Shown here piece by piece: positions 10,201-18,836 of a stretch of DNA of 64,000 nt; position 1 is the first letter of the stretch; each line of letters opens with the position of its first letter. The DNA is from Kiritimatiellia bacterium (lineage in GTDB: Bacteria > Verrucomicrobiota > Kiritimatiellia > JAAZAB01). Below the pieces are notes generated by a model. That model was not told where the DNA came from. It ran no database searches and saw nothing but the letters and a program-made list of their open reading frames with translations. The stretch covers positions 1 to 64,000 of the forward strand of contig JAXGPF010000011.1 of assembly GCA_040767085.1 (NCBI GenBank), in the 5' to 3' direction. Made by a program: the position numbers and the translations under genes.

Positions 10201-11436
10201 CGTTTCGCGGTAAGTCAGCCCGCCGCGCTCAACCACGAGGGCGTTGGTTATCAAGTTAACGTATTCCTCCGTCCAGGCGGATTTGCGGGGATTACGCCCG
10301 GTGGCGTCAATTTCCATCCACGGGCGGCGCGCCTCATCCGGACGGGTAAAATCAATCACATCCTCCAACTCCAGCGCCAGGCCATCCTCGATGCGCGTTC
10401 CTGCCGCCGGCGTCATCGTCAGCTTGCCGCCAATGACGGCCAGCGGCTCCGGCGGGAGTGTGTCCGCCAATTCGCCATCCAGAAACAACCTGGCGGAAAA
10501 CAGGTAAACGCCGCGGGGCAACCGGCCCAGCGGCACGGCATACCTCAGCGCATGGCCGGCCGGGACGCCGTCCCGGCATTCGCCCTTGCCCGCCGGCTGA
10601 ACGGAGCCGGCCTGGTACCGTTCCAGCAACCACTCCAGGCGCGGCTGGCGCGCCGCAACGCCGGCAGGCAAATCCACTTCCAGGCGGGCATCCCGCTCGG
10701 CGCTGAAGAACAGGAGTAAATCGTCGGGATTGCGCAATTCCATCAGACCATCGGCGGCCGGCTGGCTGCCCGCCCATATTTGCTTGAAACCGCGCGGACC
10801 GCGCAGGGCCAGGGTAGTCAGCGGGGCGGCCAGGGGCTGATCCGGCTGCGCCTGGTTGCGCACCCGCGCCGCGGCGGCCACCAGTGGCAAATTTTGCAGC
10901 GGCAGGTCCGGTGCCGCCCAATCCGGCCCCGGCCGGCTGATCCAATGCCAGTTGGTTCCGGGATCCAGCACGATGCGTTCACCCGAGACCATCACGATGC
11001 TGCCGCGCGCCCAGATATAATCGCGCTCGCCGCGCAGGCCGACGCGGTTGCGGCCGGCATGCAGGTAAGGCGCAATGTCCACCGGGCGCGAGCCGTAAAA
11101 ATTCGCCGGCATCCAGGTATGCCGCACCGGCCGCGGCAGCATCACGCTGGGGTCCGGCACAACCTTCCCGTTGATGAATAGTTCCGTCGTGTTGTCGACT
11201 TCCAGCACGGCGCGCCAGATTTCACCATCCGGAATGTCCACATCCAGCGCGAAAGCGCCCGCGCGTTTGAGTGCGGTGTTATGCTGCGCCGGCGAGTCCG
11301 CGCCGGAGGAATCCGCGGGCGCTACGGGCAGCGTCAGCGCCTGTGCCCGGTCGAATAAATCCGACGCGGTGGGCGCGGCGTCCGCCAAAAAGGGCCAGCA
11401 GGTAAAAACAATCAGGCATATTTTTTGAGTTTGCAT
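7279..11436 (-). CDS. Large secreted putative glycoside hydrolase-like protein with C-terminal CBM9-like sugar-binding domain
   Basis: Signal peptide. Core collinear with 648-5510 (APTASDLFDRAQ, YLETCEAYAEYLRFTGQNLH, RKDGRLYFYA.NPGYWPI). C-terminus PAIDGRLDDPAW...NLYLAF...WVVEMRIP...IGINFHR is typical of CBM9_1-like domains. Confidence 0.7.
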   Translation of the reverse strand: MQTQKICLIVFTCWPFLADAAPTASDLFDRAQALTLPVAPADSSGADSPAQHNTALKRAGAFALDVDIPDGEIWRAVLEVDNTTELFINGKVVPDPSVMLPRPVRHTWMPANFYGSRPVDIAPYLHAGRNRVGLRGERDYIWARGSIVMVSGERIVLDPGTNWHWISRPGPDWAAPDLPLQNLPLVAAAARVRNQAQPDQPLAAPLTTLALRGPRGFKQIWAGSQPAADGLMELRNPDDLLLFFSAERDARLEVDLPAGVAARQPRLEWLLERYQAGSVQPAGKGECRDGVPAGHALRYAVPLGRLPRGVYLFSARLFLDGELADTLPPEPLAVIGGKLTMTPAAGTRIEDGLALELEDVIDFTRPDEARRPWMEIDATGRNPRKSAWTEEYVNLITNALVVERGGLTYRETRPGYWAQFSYNVFFKNTGDWYLLTLEYPDDAERWIGVSCASAINQRPREARTSDGISKCGPSVWTGGKYPNSGVMRKMHWLYRPDPGGHAVTVINLGKNTAPAAAARLLIQHVQGRLPELQVNPPAGDSVRRLGLLTERTAPGRGLDATFGVRREKGGPPRAAPDTIPAHAACACLLEYLETCEAYAEYLRFTGQNLHVMGAYQYHDANTGFAPNRGSARLTEDLRDVLARVLEANDIKFYASVEFAYTTGLMEKAERARAATGSNPFVMVTREGAPAPAARGTAAKAGWNFAHPEVQQEMLRVADELALKFARNQAFLGINWTAYFGGGWMPAWRAGGDPWQCSYDDATIAAFEQDTGINLPGAAADSPERFRRRHDFLTAPDMRGQWMAWRCRKLADFFIKADAAAKGHRADLECVAGCYVSGHLPQWLQSGRPAGEYLMEWGWDPKLFGGQGVRIAPWLPAAALNRPSTQVEGYAWFWQGNAEQELYDAFHAGPRRSLMLHYPWWEVEGVAGQMPWREEWPRPYQSTMQANPAADFCRESFVQAMIGMDPDLCLFGFTDFGILTGYEADWRPFARVFRSLPPDEFAPWGGTGFQSNLAIRALRKDGRLYFYAVNPGYWPITGRIVLRGASTGRGASAVRDLAAGLPVAVESAGDDLNLPLQLPPFGIAAFCADDAQVEIAGWATDRLDDTQTAHMRNIIARAQALADLPGCAAALGETSYAGLLETIAAAQAAINAGDYARAWALLTRGDFWTTVHQKREYVLHAELLGKKTMEWPRVAHPPAIDGRLDDPAWRQLPPVGGFVTADRQPAAPAWGTQVYTCHDGQNLYLAFKCLDPQPDSATRGAASERAVIGKGVDFINLFIRPDFGGHEYFQFAANAGGRKFDQRCFGGSVEDDYAPDWTVQAGMNADGWVVEMRIPAAALKMTLTPGKVIGINFHRQVRGSLAPTASWSYQPANWHELDKLGMAQVN

Positions 11437-11457
11437 AAGAATGCTTGGTTTGAGGTT

Positions 11458-14400
11458 TTATGAAGGAACTCCGAAAACTGAACGCTTCAGCGCCACCGCC
11501 CCCATGCTCCCCGCCCGCGGCGGAATGACTTCGCGGCTGAACGCGGTTTTGCGCGATCTGAACAAAGGTGAAAAAGTATTGGCCACGCGAATTTCCAATA
11601 GATTTTCGCCCGCGCGGATAGCGGCGGCCGCCGGCAGACGGAACGGCAGAGTAATGAGACGGCCCAACCGGCGGCCGTTAAGCTTAACCTCCGCGGCGGC
11701 ATGCACATCTTCAATCTCCAACAGCAGGCTGGGATCGGCGAAATCCATGTGAAATTTCCGGCGATAACAAACTATGCCCGCGTAAGCGGCCAGACCCTGG
11801 CCGTCCCACGATCCGGCCGTCAGCGTTGCCGCCGGCGGGCGCAGGCTGATTTTCCCGCGATCACGCTGCATGCTGAAATCACCCGTCAACACGATGGGAT
11901 CCGGCTGATCGGGAATCATCCCGCGATCATAGACGCTGGCCGGGTGGAACCACTCGCTCATCCGCAACCCGGCGGACAACACATTCATGCCCAAACGCGC
12001 ATGAGGTTGTAAACTGTACCGGACATTGGACTTATCCCAAAGCAAGCCCGGTCGGCCGCGTTCAAGCGCTTTCCCGTTAAGGGCAATATTTATCCAGTCG
12101 CTGTTACCGAAAACCGCGCTCAAATCATCCGGCAGATGCCGCGCGTCAAAGCGGCATTCGAAACGGAGGACGGCATGCCGCGTTGGGTCCATGTTAAACG
12201 GCAGGATATTGCCGCGCAACGGCACGCGCTCGCTGCTTTCGGGATGCATCAGCACGACGTCCAGCACGGCGGCATTGGGCGATTCGCGCGTAATATCCCA
12301 GGGGCCATCCAGCACGGACACAACCTTTAATCCGGACGCGCGAATGAATGCCGGCAAACGCCGGGATTTACCGCTGCCGGCAACGACAAACACCCCTTGC
12401 CAGGGCGCCAACTCCAGCGCCAGGCGGCCGTCCTGGCATTCGGCGGTGTAAATCCGTCCGTCCATCGGATCCCATATTTCCCGGCGACGCTCATCGGAGA
12501 ACGAAAGGGCGCAGGCATTGGCGGCGGGGCTCATATTGACCACGTGCAAAACATCCATTTCCCCAATGGTGCGGCTGGCAGCCAACACGGTGTCGGACGA
12601 CGTCCCCGCCACCGTAAAACGCCGCGGCACGGCATCGCCGATGGCTCGGTCAAACATCGGCCGCAGCGCCTGCCAGTCCACCGGCGCCGGCATGCCGACC
12701 AGCCGCGCCGCGCCGGATTGCAGCATGTCCCGTATCGCGGATTGAATACTTCTGCCCGCAACCGGATCGTATTCCGGCGAGGCATCCAGAAACAATACCC
12801 GGCCGCCGGCGCCGGCAAATTTGTGCAATTGTCGAGCCACGGCTGCGGTCATGGCAAACGCCGCGGGGATTATGATGACCTTCAGGCCCCGCGCAAATAC
12901 GTCAGATTGCGCCAATTCTTCTTCGAATAGCAATTCCCAGTCCCGATGGGCGCGGGTCAGCGCTTCCGCCGTTTCCCGCAAAACGAGATTCATTCGCTCC
13001 AGACGGCAGTCATCCGCATCCGGCGCGGCAGGATTGCGCACTGCCCGCAACAGGCAGCGCGCCGACAATGCTGGATACAGCACGGCGATACCGGCGCGGA
13101 TTTGGCCCGCCGTGGACATCAGGCAGCAGCGGCCGGCAAACTTGGCGAATGCGCCATAAAAAGGCCACCACGGCATGTGAAAGGAACGGGCGCTGCAGCG
13201 AAAGCTTTCCGCCGAAAGCGCCAGCAGGTTGTCATTGATCAGGTTGACGCCCAGGGCGGTCTGCCAATGCGTGTTGGCCGCCAGGTCGACCGGCGCCACG
13301 CTGAAAGGCATCACGCCGAACGACTCCGACAGGACGCGCGAACTGCCCGTCACCCGCGCGGCGGCCGCCGCGAGTTTCACCGTCAAAAGATAACCGGCGC
13401 CCGGCTTGCGCCGGGCCAACCCGGCCCGGGAGGGCGTATGTTCATAATTGGATTCGCAGCATAACAGGTCCATGCCCGGCAGGGACATGGACGCGCGCGC
13501 GATGTATTCGTCGCCATCCCAGTGCGCGCCTTGCGCCGGCGATTCCTCCCCCTCGAAATGGCCGGTGGTATCGAGGCCGCGCGCATCGCACCAGTTTTTG
13601 ATATGCCGCAGGAACCGGCCGAACCGTTCGCCGGCCAGCGCATAATAATCGTGCCGCACCTGGAAACGGTCGGCATGTTCGTCCGTAAACAGCCGGTCTA
13701 ATTTGTCCGGCAACGCATAACCGTAGCGCGCCTGGAATTCCCGCTGTAATTCCGCGGACATCCGGACATCGTTGATTTGCGGTTCATCTTGGAAAAACCC
13801 TTTAAACGTCCTGCCAAAGTGATGCCGGAACCGCCGCTCATATTGGGCGTGCGTGCGCCGCACGAATTCCGGCCCCATCTCCGCGATAGTCAGGTCAACA
13901 TAATCGGCAGGCGGAATCGCCCCGGTCCAGGGCGCGCCGGTATTGGCGACATATTTCCGGCGGCAGGCGCCTTGCACAATGTGCATAATGCCGACCGGCG
14001 CCGCCTGATCGTTGCGCCAGGCCCAGCGCCTGGTTTCGGCACGCGGGTCCAACCTGGTTTCAACCCGGCGCGAATGGCCCGCGGCATCCGTCGCCACCGA
14101 AAAGAGATATTCCTGTCCGGCGGCCGGCGTGAAGACAACGGTAGCGCCCGGCGCCGCGGATTCAGGGGGAGTGGCCGGACGCACCCGGCGCACTTCCAAG
14201 TCCGGCCGGTCAACCGGAATACGGCCGGCGCAGCTTCCGCAGGGCCAGTTGTAATCGTCGTAGATCCATACGGTCATTTGCTTGTCAGCAGAATAATCCA
14301 GCGCGAACCCGACCGCATCGAACCAGGCCTCCGACAGATATGCGACGGCCAGACCGTAAATTGGGAAAATGATAAATGACCGAATGCCCTGCGCATGCAT

Positions 14401-14622
14401 CCGGTCAATGGCAAAGGCGATTTCCGCCCGAGCGCATTGCCCGTTGAAACACAGCCAGGGCACGGGCCGGAACTCATCCGGCGGATTAACAAAACAGCGC
14501 TTCAGTTCGGCATAATCCGGCGGAAGGGCGGCGGCCCATTGTTCCGACCAGCGAAGTTTTCTGCGGTGATGCATATACGGTTCCACCATGCCGCATGTAT
14601 TCGGGATTACATTGAAGGCCAC
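11458..14622 (-). CDS. GH106-like (alpha-L-rhamnosidase-like) glycosyl hydrolase; exact start uncertain
   Basis: NPPDEFRPVPW; WIYDDYNWPCGSCAG; FGRTFKGFFQDEP; VLSESFG; C-terminal galactose-binding-like domain (SWDGQGL..YAG.V.Y...GENLLEIRVANT). No clear signal peptide. Confidence 0.75.
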   Translation of the reverse strand: MAFNVIPNTCGMVEPYMHHRRKLRWSEQWAAALPPDYAELKRCFVNPPDEFRPVPWLCFNGQCARAEIAFAIDRMHAQGIRSFIIFPIYGLAVAYLSEAWFDAVGFALDYSADKQMTVWIYDDYNWPCGSCAGRIPVDRPDLEVRRVRPATPPESAAPGATVVFTPAAGQEYLFSVATDAAGHSRRVETRLDPRAETRRWAWRNDQAAPVGIMHIVQGACRRKYVANTGAPWTGAIPPADYVDLTIAEMGPEFVRRTHAQYERRFRHHFGRTFKGFFQDEPQINDVRMSAELQREFQARYGYALPDKLDRLFTDEHADRFQVRHDYYALAGERFGRFLRHIKNWCDARGLDTTGHFEGEESPAQGAHWDGDEYIARASMSLPGMDLLCCESNYEHTPSRAGLARRKPGAGYLLTVKLAAAAARVTGSSRVLSESFGVMPFSVAPVDLAANTHWQTALGVNLINDNLLALSAESFRCSARSFHMPWWPFYGAFAKFAGRCCLMSTAGQIRAGIAVLYPALSARCLLRAVRNPAAPDADDCRLERMNLVLRETAEALTRAHRDWELLFEEELAQSDVFARGLKVIIIPAAFAMTAAVARQLHKFAGAGGRVLFLDASPEYDPVAGRSIQSAIRDMLQSGAARLVGMPAPVDWQALRPMFDRAIGDAVPRRFTVAGTSSDTVLAASRTIGEMDVLHVVNMSPAANACALSFSDERRREIWDPMDGRIYTAECQDGRLALELAPWQGVFVVAGSGKSRRLPAFIRASGLKVVSVLDGPWDITRESPNAAVLDVVLMHPESSERVPLRGNILPFNMDPTRHAVLRFECRFDARHLPDDLSAVFGNSDWINIALNGKALERGRPGLLWDKSNVRYSLQPHARLGMNVLSAGLRMSEWFHPASVYDRGMIPDQPDPIVLTGDFSMQRDRGKISLRPPAATLTAGSWDGQGLAAYAGIVCYRRKFHMDFADPSLLLEIEDVHAAAEVKLNGRRLGRLITLPFRLPAAAAIRAGENLLEIRVANTFSPLFRSRKTAFSREVIPPRAGSMGAVALKRSVFGVPS

Positions 14623-14727
14623 CAGGACACGGCCCGACCGACCGGACCGGCTGAAGCGTAATCCTGACCATATGCGCTAAATATACCCGATGGACTGCCG
14701 GCATGCCAGATTAGAAACATAGCAGAA

Positions 14728-14880
14728 ATGTTAAAATATGAAGCAAAATTCAACAAGCGCGCCTGTCCGGAGGCAGGCCGCGCCTGGATCAGGACTTTGC
14801 TTTTTGCTCTCAAGAAGAGGGGCGTTGTGGCGTGTACCGGAAAGGGCAAGGCAGCTCGCTGGCGGGTCGAAGGTGAATGA
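14728..14880 (+). pseudogene. Orphan C-terminal winged-helix fragment resembling the tail of Fic-family proteins
   Basis: Hand translation: MLKYEAKFNKRACPEAGRAWIRTLLFALKKRGVVACTGKGKAARWRVEGE*. The ACP..R.WIR.LL..LK..G...C.GKG.AARW pattern matches Fic C-terminal wHTH tails as recalled. Confidence 0.45.
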
Positions 14881-15144
14881 GTGTAGTAAGTGCCATTGAG
14901 TGTAGTAATGCGTGTAGTGGATGGGGGCCAATATTCCTTCTGGCCAAGCCGAAAACGCATATCCTGAAGAGCGGCGCACGGCCAGAACTAGTTCCCGGAT
15001 CCAAGCCAAGTCCCGAACTTACTTCGGTGCAGAATCTCGCCACCTGAAAGTTTCGTCAGGGCGGCCAGTCCCGCCAGCGCAGCCCGCGCCAATCTCCCAA
15101 GAATTATCCGACCAGCGCAACAATTAACTTTTATTTTTAGGTCT

Positions 15145-15210
15145 GACCCTGGAGGGGGGTCAGTCCGTGATTCTTGGGACCCTGGAGGGGGGTCAGTCCG
15201 TGATTCTTGG
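15145..15210. repeat. Perfect tandem duplication of a 33-bp unit
   Basis: GACCCTGGAGGGGGGTCAGTCCGTGATTCTTGG at 15145-15177 and 15178-15210; each unit has a GACCC...GGGTC hairpin core. Confidence 0.9.
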
Positions 15211-15431
15211 TGTCTTTGTGGTTCTTTGAGAGATAAAAATCAGATGCCGAACACCGTTCGGCTACTACATCGGCGGAAAAGGAAGATAGGGGGGGCATGT
15301 CTGAATTTGTTATATTTCCAATTCAATCCGCCAGGCTTTCTGCCATGCCCGGCACAGGCAGGCGGATGGCTCCCTGGACGCATCTGCAATTCCGGGATGA
15401 CACTCCGAATTATTTATGATAGAAATGAGGC

Positions 15432-16097
15432 ATGAATGCGAATACGCCGGAACCTGCGCCCCTACCCCATCCGCCGGAACCGGTAATTCCGCCTCCACGA
15501 CGGCCGTTTAACGAAATCTCCGTGCTGTTCCCCTTGCTGGCGTTTTATACAGTCGCCTACCTGGGGCTGACGGCGGCGGATTTCGCGCTCCAGCAAACGC
15601 TGGAACTGCCGGACGGCATGATGCCGCTCTATATCGCCCTGCTCGGGGCGTATGCGGCGGACAAGGAAATCCGGCGCTGGCTGGGCACGCCGGAACCCCC
15701 GCGCAAGGGCACGGTCTTCGTTTACCTCTGGCTGTTGCTGTTTCTGGCTTTTTACATGATCCACGTATTCCAGCCGGATTTACGGCTGCCGGGCCATCTG
15801 CTGCCAGTCTGCCTCCAGGTATTGGGGATTTTCTTCGGCAGCAAGGCTTCCAAGCATATCTTTGCCGGCCAGACCAGCCGCGGCGCGAAGAATTCCGAAC
15901 AGGAACGCCAGGTTTTGGAGTTGCTGGCCGCCAGGGGCAAGCTGACCCGGAAGATGCTGGCCGACGAACTGGGGATTTCAGCCGTCAGCGCCTGGCGGAT
16001 TTTAAACGGCCTTGTCAATAGCGGATTGCTGGTCAAGCAAGGGACCGGCAGGGGAACATATTATGCCCGGCCGGGCGCGCCGACGTCCGGCGCTTGA
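15432..16097 (+). CDS. Membrane protein (about 4 TM helices) with C-terminal winged helix-turn-helix domain
   Basis: Pro-rich N-terminus, four hydrophobic segments, then QERQVLELLAARGKLTRKMLADELGISAVSAWRILNGLVNSGLLVKQGTGRGTYY. RBS GAGG. Confidence 0.85.
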   Translation: MNANTPEPAPLPHPPEPVIPPPRRPFNEISVLFPLLAFYTVAYLGLTAADFALQQTLELPDGMMPLYIALLGAYAADKEIRRWLGTPEPPRKGTVFVYLWLLLFLAFYMIHVFQPDLRLPGHLLPVCLQVLGIFFGSKASKHIFAGQTSRGAKNSEQERQVLELLAARGKLTRKMLADELGISAVSAWRILNGLVNSGLLVKQGTGRGTYYARPGAPTSGA

Positions 16098-16105
16098 TCC
16101 CCATT

Positions 16106-16190
16106 CGTTTCATTTGCGTTTCAAATACGTTTCATTTGCGTTTCATTGCGTTTCAAATACGTTTCTTTGCGTTTCATTTGCGTTTCAGTA
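16106..16190. repeat. Array of 8 CGTTTC-core direct repeats with 10-11 bp period
   Basis: Units: cgtttcatttg, cgtttcaaata, cgtttcatttg, cgtttcattg, cgtttcaaata, cgtttctttg, cgtttcatttg, cgtttcagta. Confidence 0.9.
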
Positions 16191-16237
16191 GCATCCCATA
16201 GAAAATCACTTTATGCTCTCACAATGCCGTAAAGAAG

Positions 16238-16324
16238 ATGCGGATTGTTTACCACGGAACCTGTTTTATCCACAGATTACGCAGATTTTCGGCCACAAAA
16301 ATGCGGATTGTTTACCACGGAACC
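16238..16324. repeat. 24-bp perfect direct repeat pair
   Basis: ATGCGGATTGTTTACCACGGAACC at 16238-16261 and 16301-16324. Confidence 0.85.
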
Positions 16325-16433
16325 GGATAAACGGACTGAGGGATTGGCCATCCGCCTTCGCTCGGATGCTATGGCGGACACAGCCCGCCTTTGCTCAAGC
16401 TACGGCGCGGCACGCACATGTGCATGAAAGAGC

Positions 16434-18836
16434 ATGGATGTAATCGAATTGCGTGGCATATTGAATGCATTTGAACAATTGATTGACCGTTTAGCGCCGC
16501 ACCGGCCGGATTTTTCGGATTTCACCGTGGTGACGATGAGCGGGCGCGGACGCGACCTGCTGCATGACACTTTACACCGGCGCCTGGGCGGATTGATGCC
16601 GCGCGTACTGAACTTCGACGATTACAAGGCGCGCCTGATCGGCGAACGGCAGGCCGGAGCCAACCTGACGCGGGAAGAAGCCCTGGTCCGGTTTCATGCC
16701 AGGTTAAAACGGGAGCGGGGCGTTGCGCCGCCGCCGGAAGACGCGGAACGCCTGCTGAATTTCCTGGCGTTGATCGCGAAATATTCCGTCGGTATGGATG
16801 ACTTTTCCCGCGCCGAACGTCTGCCGGATGAACAAATAGGGCGGATTGCCGGCTTTTTCGCGCTGGCGCAAGAGTTCCGGCAGGAATTGGCGGCAGCCGG
16901 CCGCTTCTACGCTCCCCTGGAAGAAGACGTTTGGGCCGATGCCCAGCCCCTTAAAAACGATTTGTTCGTCGGGCTGCCGCTCATGACGCCGGTCAACGAA
17001 CGGTTTTTCGTCCGCATCCCGCGGGACAACCTCTTTGCCGATCCGCCTTTGTTTGGCCCGCATCTGCTTGATTCCAAGCCGGATTACGAATCGGCATTGC
17101 GGCTGGTGCGCCGGCTGAATCTGCCGGAACGCAGCCCCAGCCAGCCGGCCCTGTCCTTTGCGGAATTGGCGGACCAGCCCGCTCTGACGGCCTTGGCCGG
17201 CGGGACGATCGCCGAATTTCTGGCATCCCGCGCCGGCCCGAACGAGCAATTGCTGATTGTCCTGCTGGATGAATCACTGTCATTTTACCTCTGGGAGATG
17301 GTATTCCGTCCCCTGGGCGACCAGGTGAATTTCGCCCTGTGGCTGCCATTCCGGCATTTCGGCGCCGCACACCGCCTGCTGGACGCCATCCGCCGCGACG
17401 TCCCGCTGGCCGATTTGCGCCGGGAAATCGCGCGGGAACTGGCCGACCGCTGGCAGGCGCTCGATGCGGCCAACCGCGCGGCAGGCGAGAAAGCCATCAC
17501 CCTGATTGACATGCTGACGGAACTCCGCCCGTTGATGGGCAACGACTGGCCAATCCTGGCGCCGCACCTGGCGGCTAACAGCAAGCTATATCTTACGGGC
17601 CGGCGCAACGCGCCGGTGCAAGTGGCGCCGCTGGGCGAAACGACCGGAGTGCCTTACCGCCGCGCGCTGGTGCTGCCGATGGATCGCGATATATTTCCAA
17701 CCAAGCCTTTTGACGGCCCATTTCTCAACTTGATCCATGTGCCGCGGATACACCAGGCCATGTTCGAGGCGGATGACCTGGCGCTGCGCCAGTTCCTGGC
17801 ATACGGCACCGAAGCACAGATCGCCGCCCGCTACGACACCGGCGCGGGCATGGCGCCCTCCCCGCATTTCGCCTTTCTTTCGGCCGAGTTCGACCGCCCG
17901 CGCGTCCGGCGCCGCCTGGCGGCGGCGGCATTGATCCCGCCGGGCAATCCGCCTGCCATCGAAAACGACTCCAGCCTGCGCGAGTGGCTTGGCCGTTACC
18001 AGTGGTCGTTCTCCACCCTGTCCGTTTTCTTTACCTGCCCCTACCGCTTCCTGCTGGAGGAAAAACAGCAGATCGCGCCGCCGGCCGTGCTGGAGCCGGA
18101 GGAATCGGCCAACCTGATCATCGGGAATTTTATCCATCAATTCTTCGCCGGACTGAAACATGATCCGACGCCCCTGGACTGCTGGCAGGCCGCATTCGAA
18201 GCACAATGGGAAGCCGACGCGGCCGTGCGGGAAAAAATCGCCGACCGGGCCGTGCGCAAAGCAATCCTGCTGAGTTACCTGAAGGAAATCGCGGAACGCG
18301 AACGGAAAGCGGATGAGCCCCTGCTCTTTTCCGGAAACGTGCGGGAGACTGAGTTGAAACTCGATGCTGCGTTCGGCGCCGGGCAATACCGTCTGACCGG
18401 CCGGCTTGACCGGCTGCAGCAATATGCCGGCCGCTGGCTGGTCGCGGATTTGAAATACAAAGAGAAAATCGCCTCGCTGCCGCGGGACGGTCTGGCCGCG
18501 AGCATTGCCGGCGGCGATGCGCTCAAAAAGGTCAACGACCACTTCCAGTTGGTATTCTATATCCACCTGCTGGAAATCGCCGGCCGGGCGGCCGCCGCGG
18601 AATTGGACGCCGCGTTTCTGCTGCTGCGTTCCGGCAGCGCCGAAGGATTCCGCGCCGACTTGCCGGCGGCGGAAATCGCCGCGCATGGGCAGGCGATGGA
18701 CGCCGTGGCGCGGCGGTTGGACAGCATACTGGCACAGCCGGCTTTCGCGCCTAATTTCCGCGCCGAAGGATGCGCCTGGTGCCCCTTCAAGGCGCTCTGC
18801 CTGCGACCCGACCTTTACCGGGGAGGGAATTTCTGA
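16434..18836 (+). CDS. addB: AddB-like PD-(D/E)XK nuclease with Fe-S cluster cysteines
   Basis: Degenerate helicase-like N-terminus. SFSTL..FFTCPYRF, LTGRLDRL...VADLKY and CAWCPFKALC (1+3 Cys staple). TGATG overlap with the downstream helicase. Confidence 0.75.
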   Translation: MDVIELRGILNAFEQLIDRLAPHRPDFSDFTVVTMSGRGRDLLHDTLHRRLGGLMPRVLNFDDYKARLIGERQAGANLTREEALVRFHARLKRERGVAPPPEDAERLLNFLALIAKYSVGMDDFSRAERLPDEQIGRIAGFFALAQEFRQELAAAGRFYAPLEEDVWADAQPLKNDLFVGLPLMTPVNERFFVRIPRDNLFADPPLFGPHLLDSKPDYESALRLVRRLNLPERSPSQPALSFAELADQPALTALAGGTIAEFLASRAGPNEQLLIVLLDESLSFYLWEMVFRPLGDQVNFALWLPFRHFGAAHRLLDAIRRDVPLADLRREIARELADRWQALDAANRAAGEKAITLIDMLTELRPLMGNDWPILAPHLAANSKLYLTGRRNAPVQVAPLGETTGVPYRRALVLPMDRDIFPTKPFDGPFLNLIHVPRIHQAMFEADDLALRQFLAYGTEAQIAARYDTGAGMAPSPHFAFLSAEFDRPRVRRRLAAAALIPPGNPPAIENDSSLREWLGRYQWSFSTLSVFFTCPYRFLLEEKQQIAPPAVLEPEESANLIIGNFIHQFFAGLKHDPTPLDCWQAAFEAQWEADAAVREKIADRAVRKAILLSYLKEIAERERKADEPLLFSGNVRETELKLDAAFGAGQYRLTGRLDRLQQYAGRWLVADLKYKEKIASLPRDGLAASIAGGDALKKVNDHFQLVFYIHLLEIAGRAAAAELDAAFLLLRSGSAEGFRADLPAAEIAAHGQAMDAVARRLDSILAQPAFAPNFRAEGCAWCPFKALCLRPDLYRGGNF

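Noticed and set aside
8905-10719. Long antisense ORFs (e.g. 8905-10719, 61542-63599, 21645-22898, 25084-26322, 28828-30084)
   Set aside because: Shadow frames of GC-rich genes on the opposite strand, with no recognisable motifs.
15145-15210. 33-bp repeat as a CRISPR array
   Set aside because: Only two directly abutting copies, no spacers, and no cas1/cas2 in the window. The same applies to 54125-54246 and 16238-16324.
16266-16274. Perfect DnaA box TTATCCACA near an iteron-like array (replication origin?)
   Set aside because: Single box overlapping a common intergenic repeat; no dnaA or rep gene and no clear AT-rich unwinding element.
16454-16469. Sigma54-like TGGCAT-N5-ATGC site
   Set aside because: Lies within the probable addB coding region; likely a chance match.
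16434-18836. Cas4-like nuclease implying CRISPR adaptation
   Set aside because: The 1+3 Cys PD-(D/E)XK domain sits at the end of an 800-aa protein coupled to a UvrD helicase-nuclease, which is the AddB architecture.
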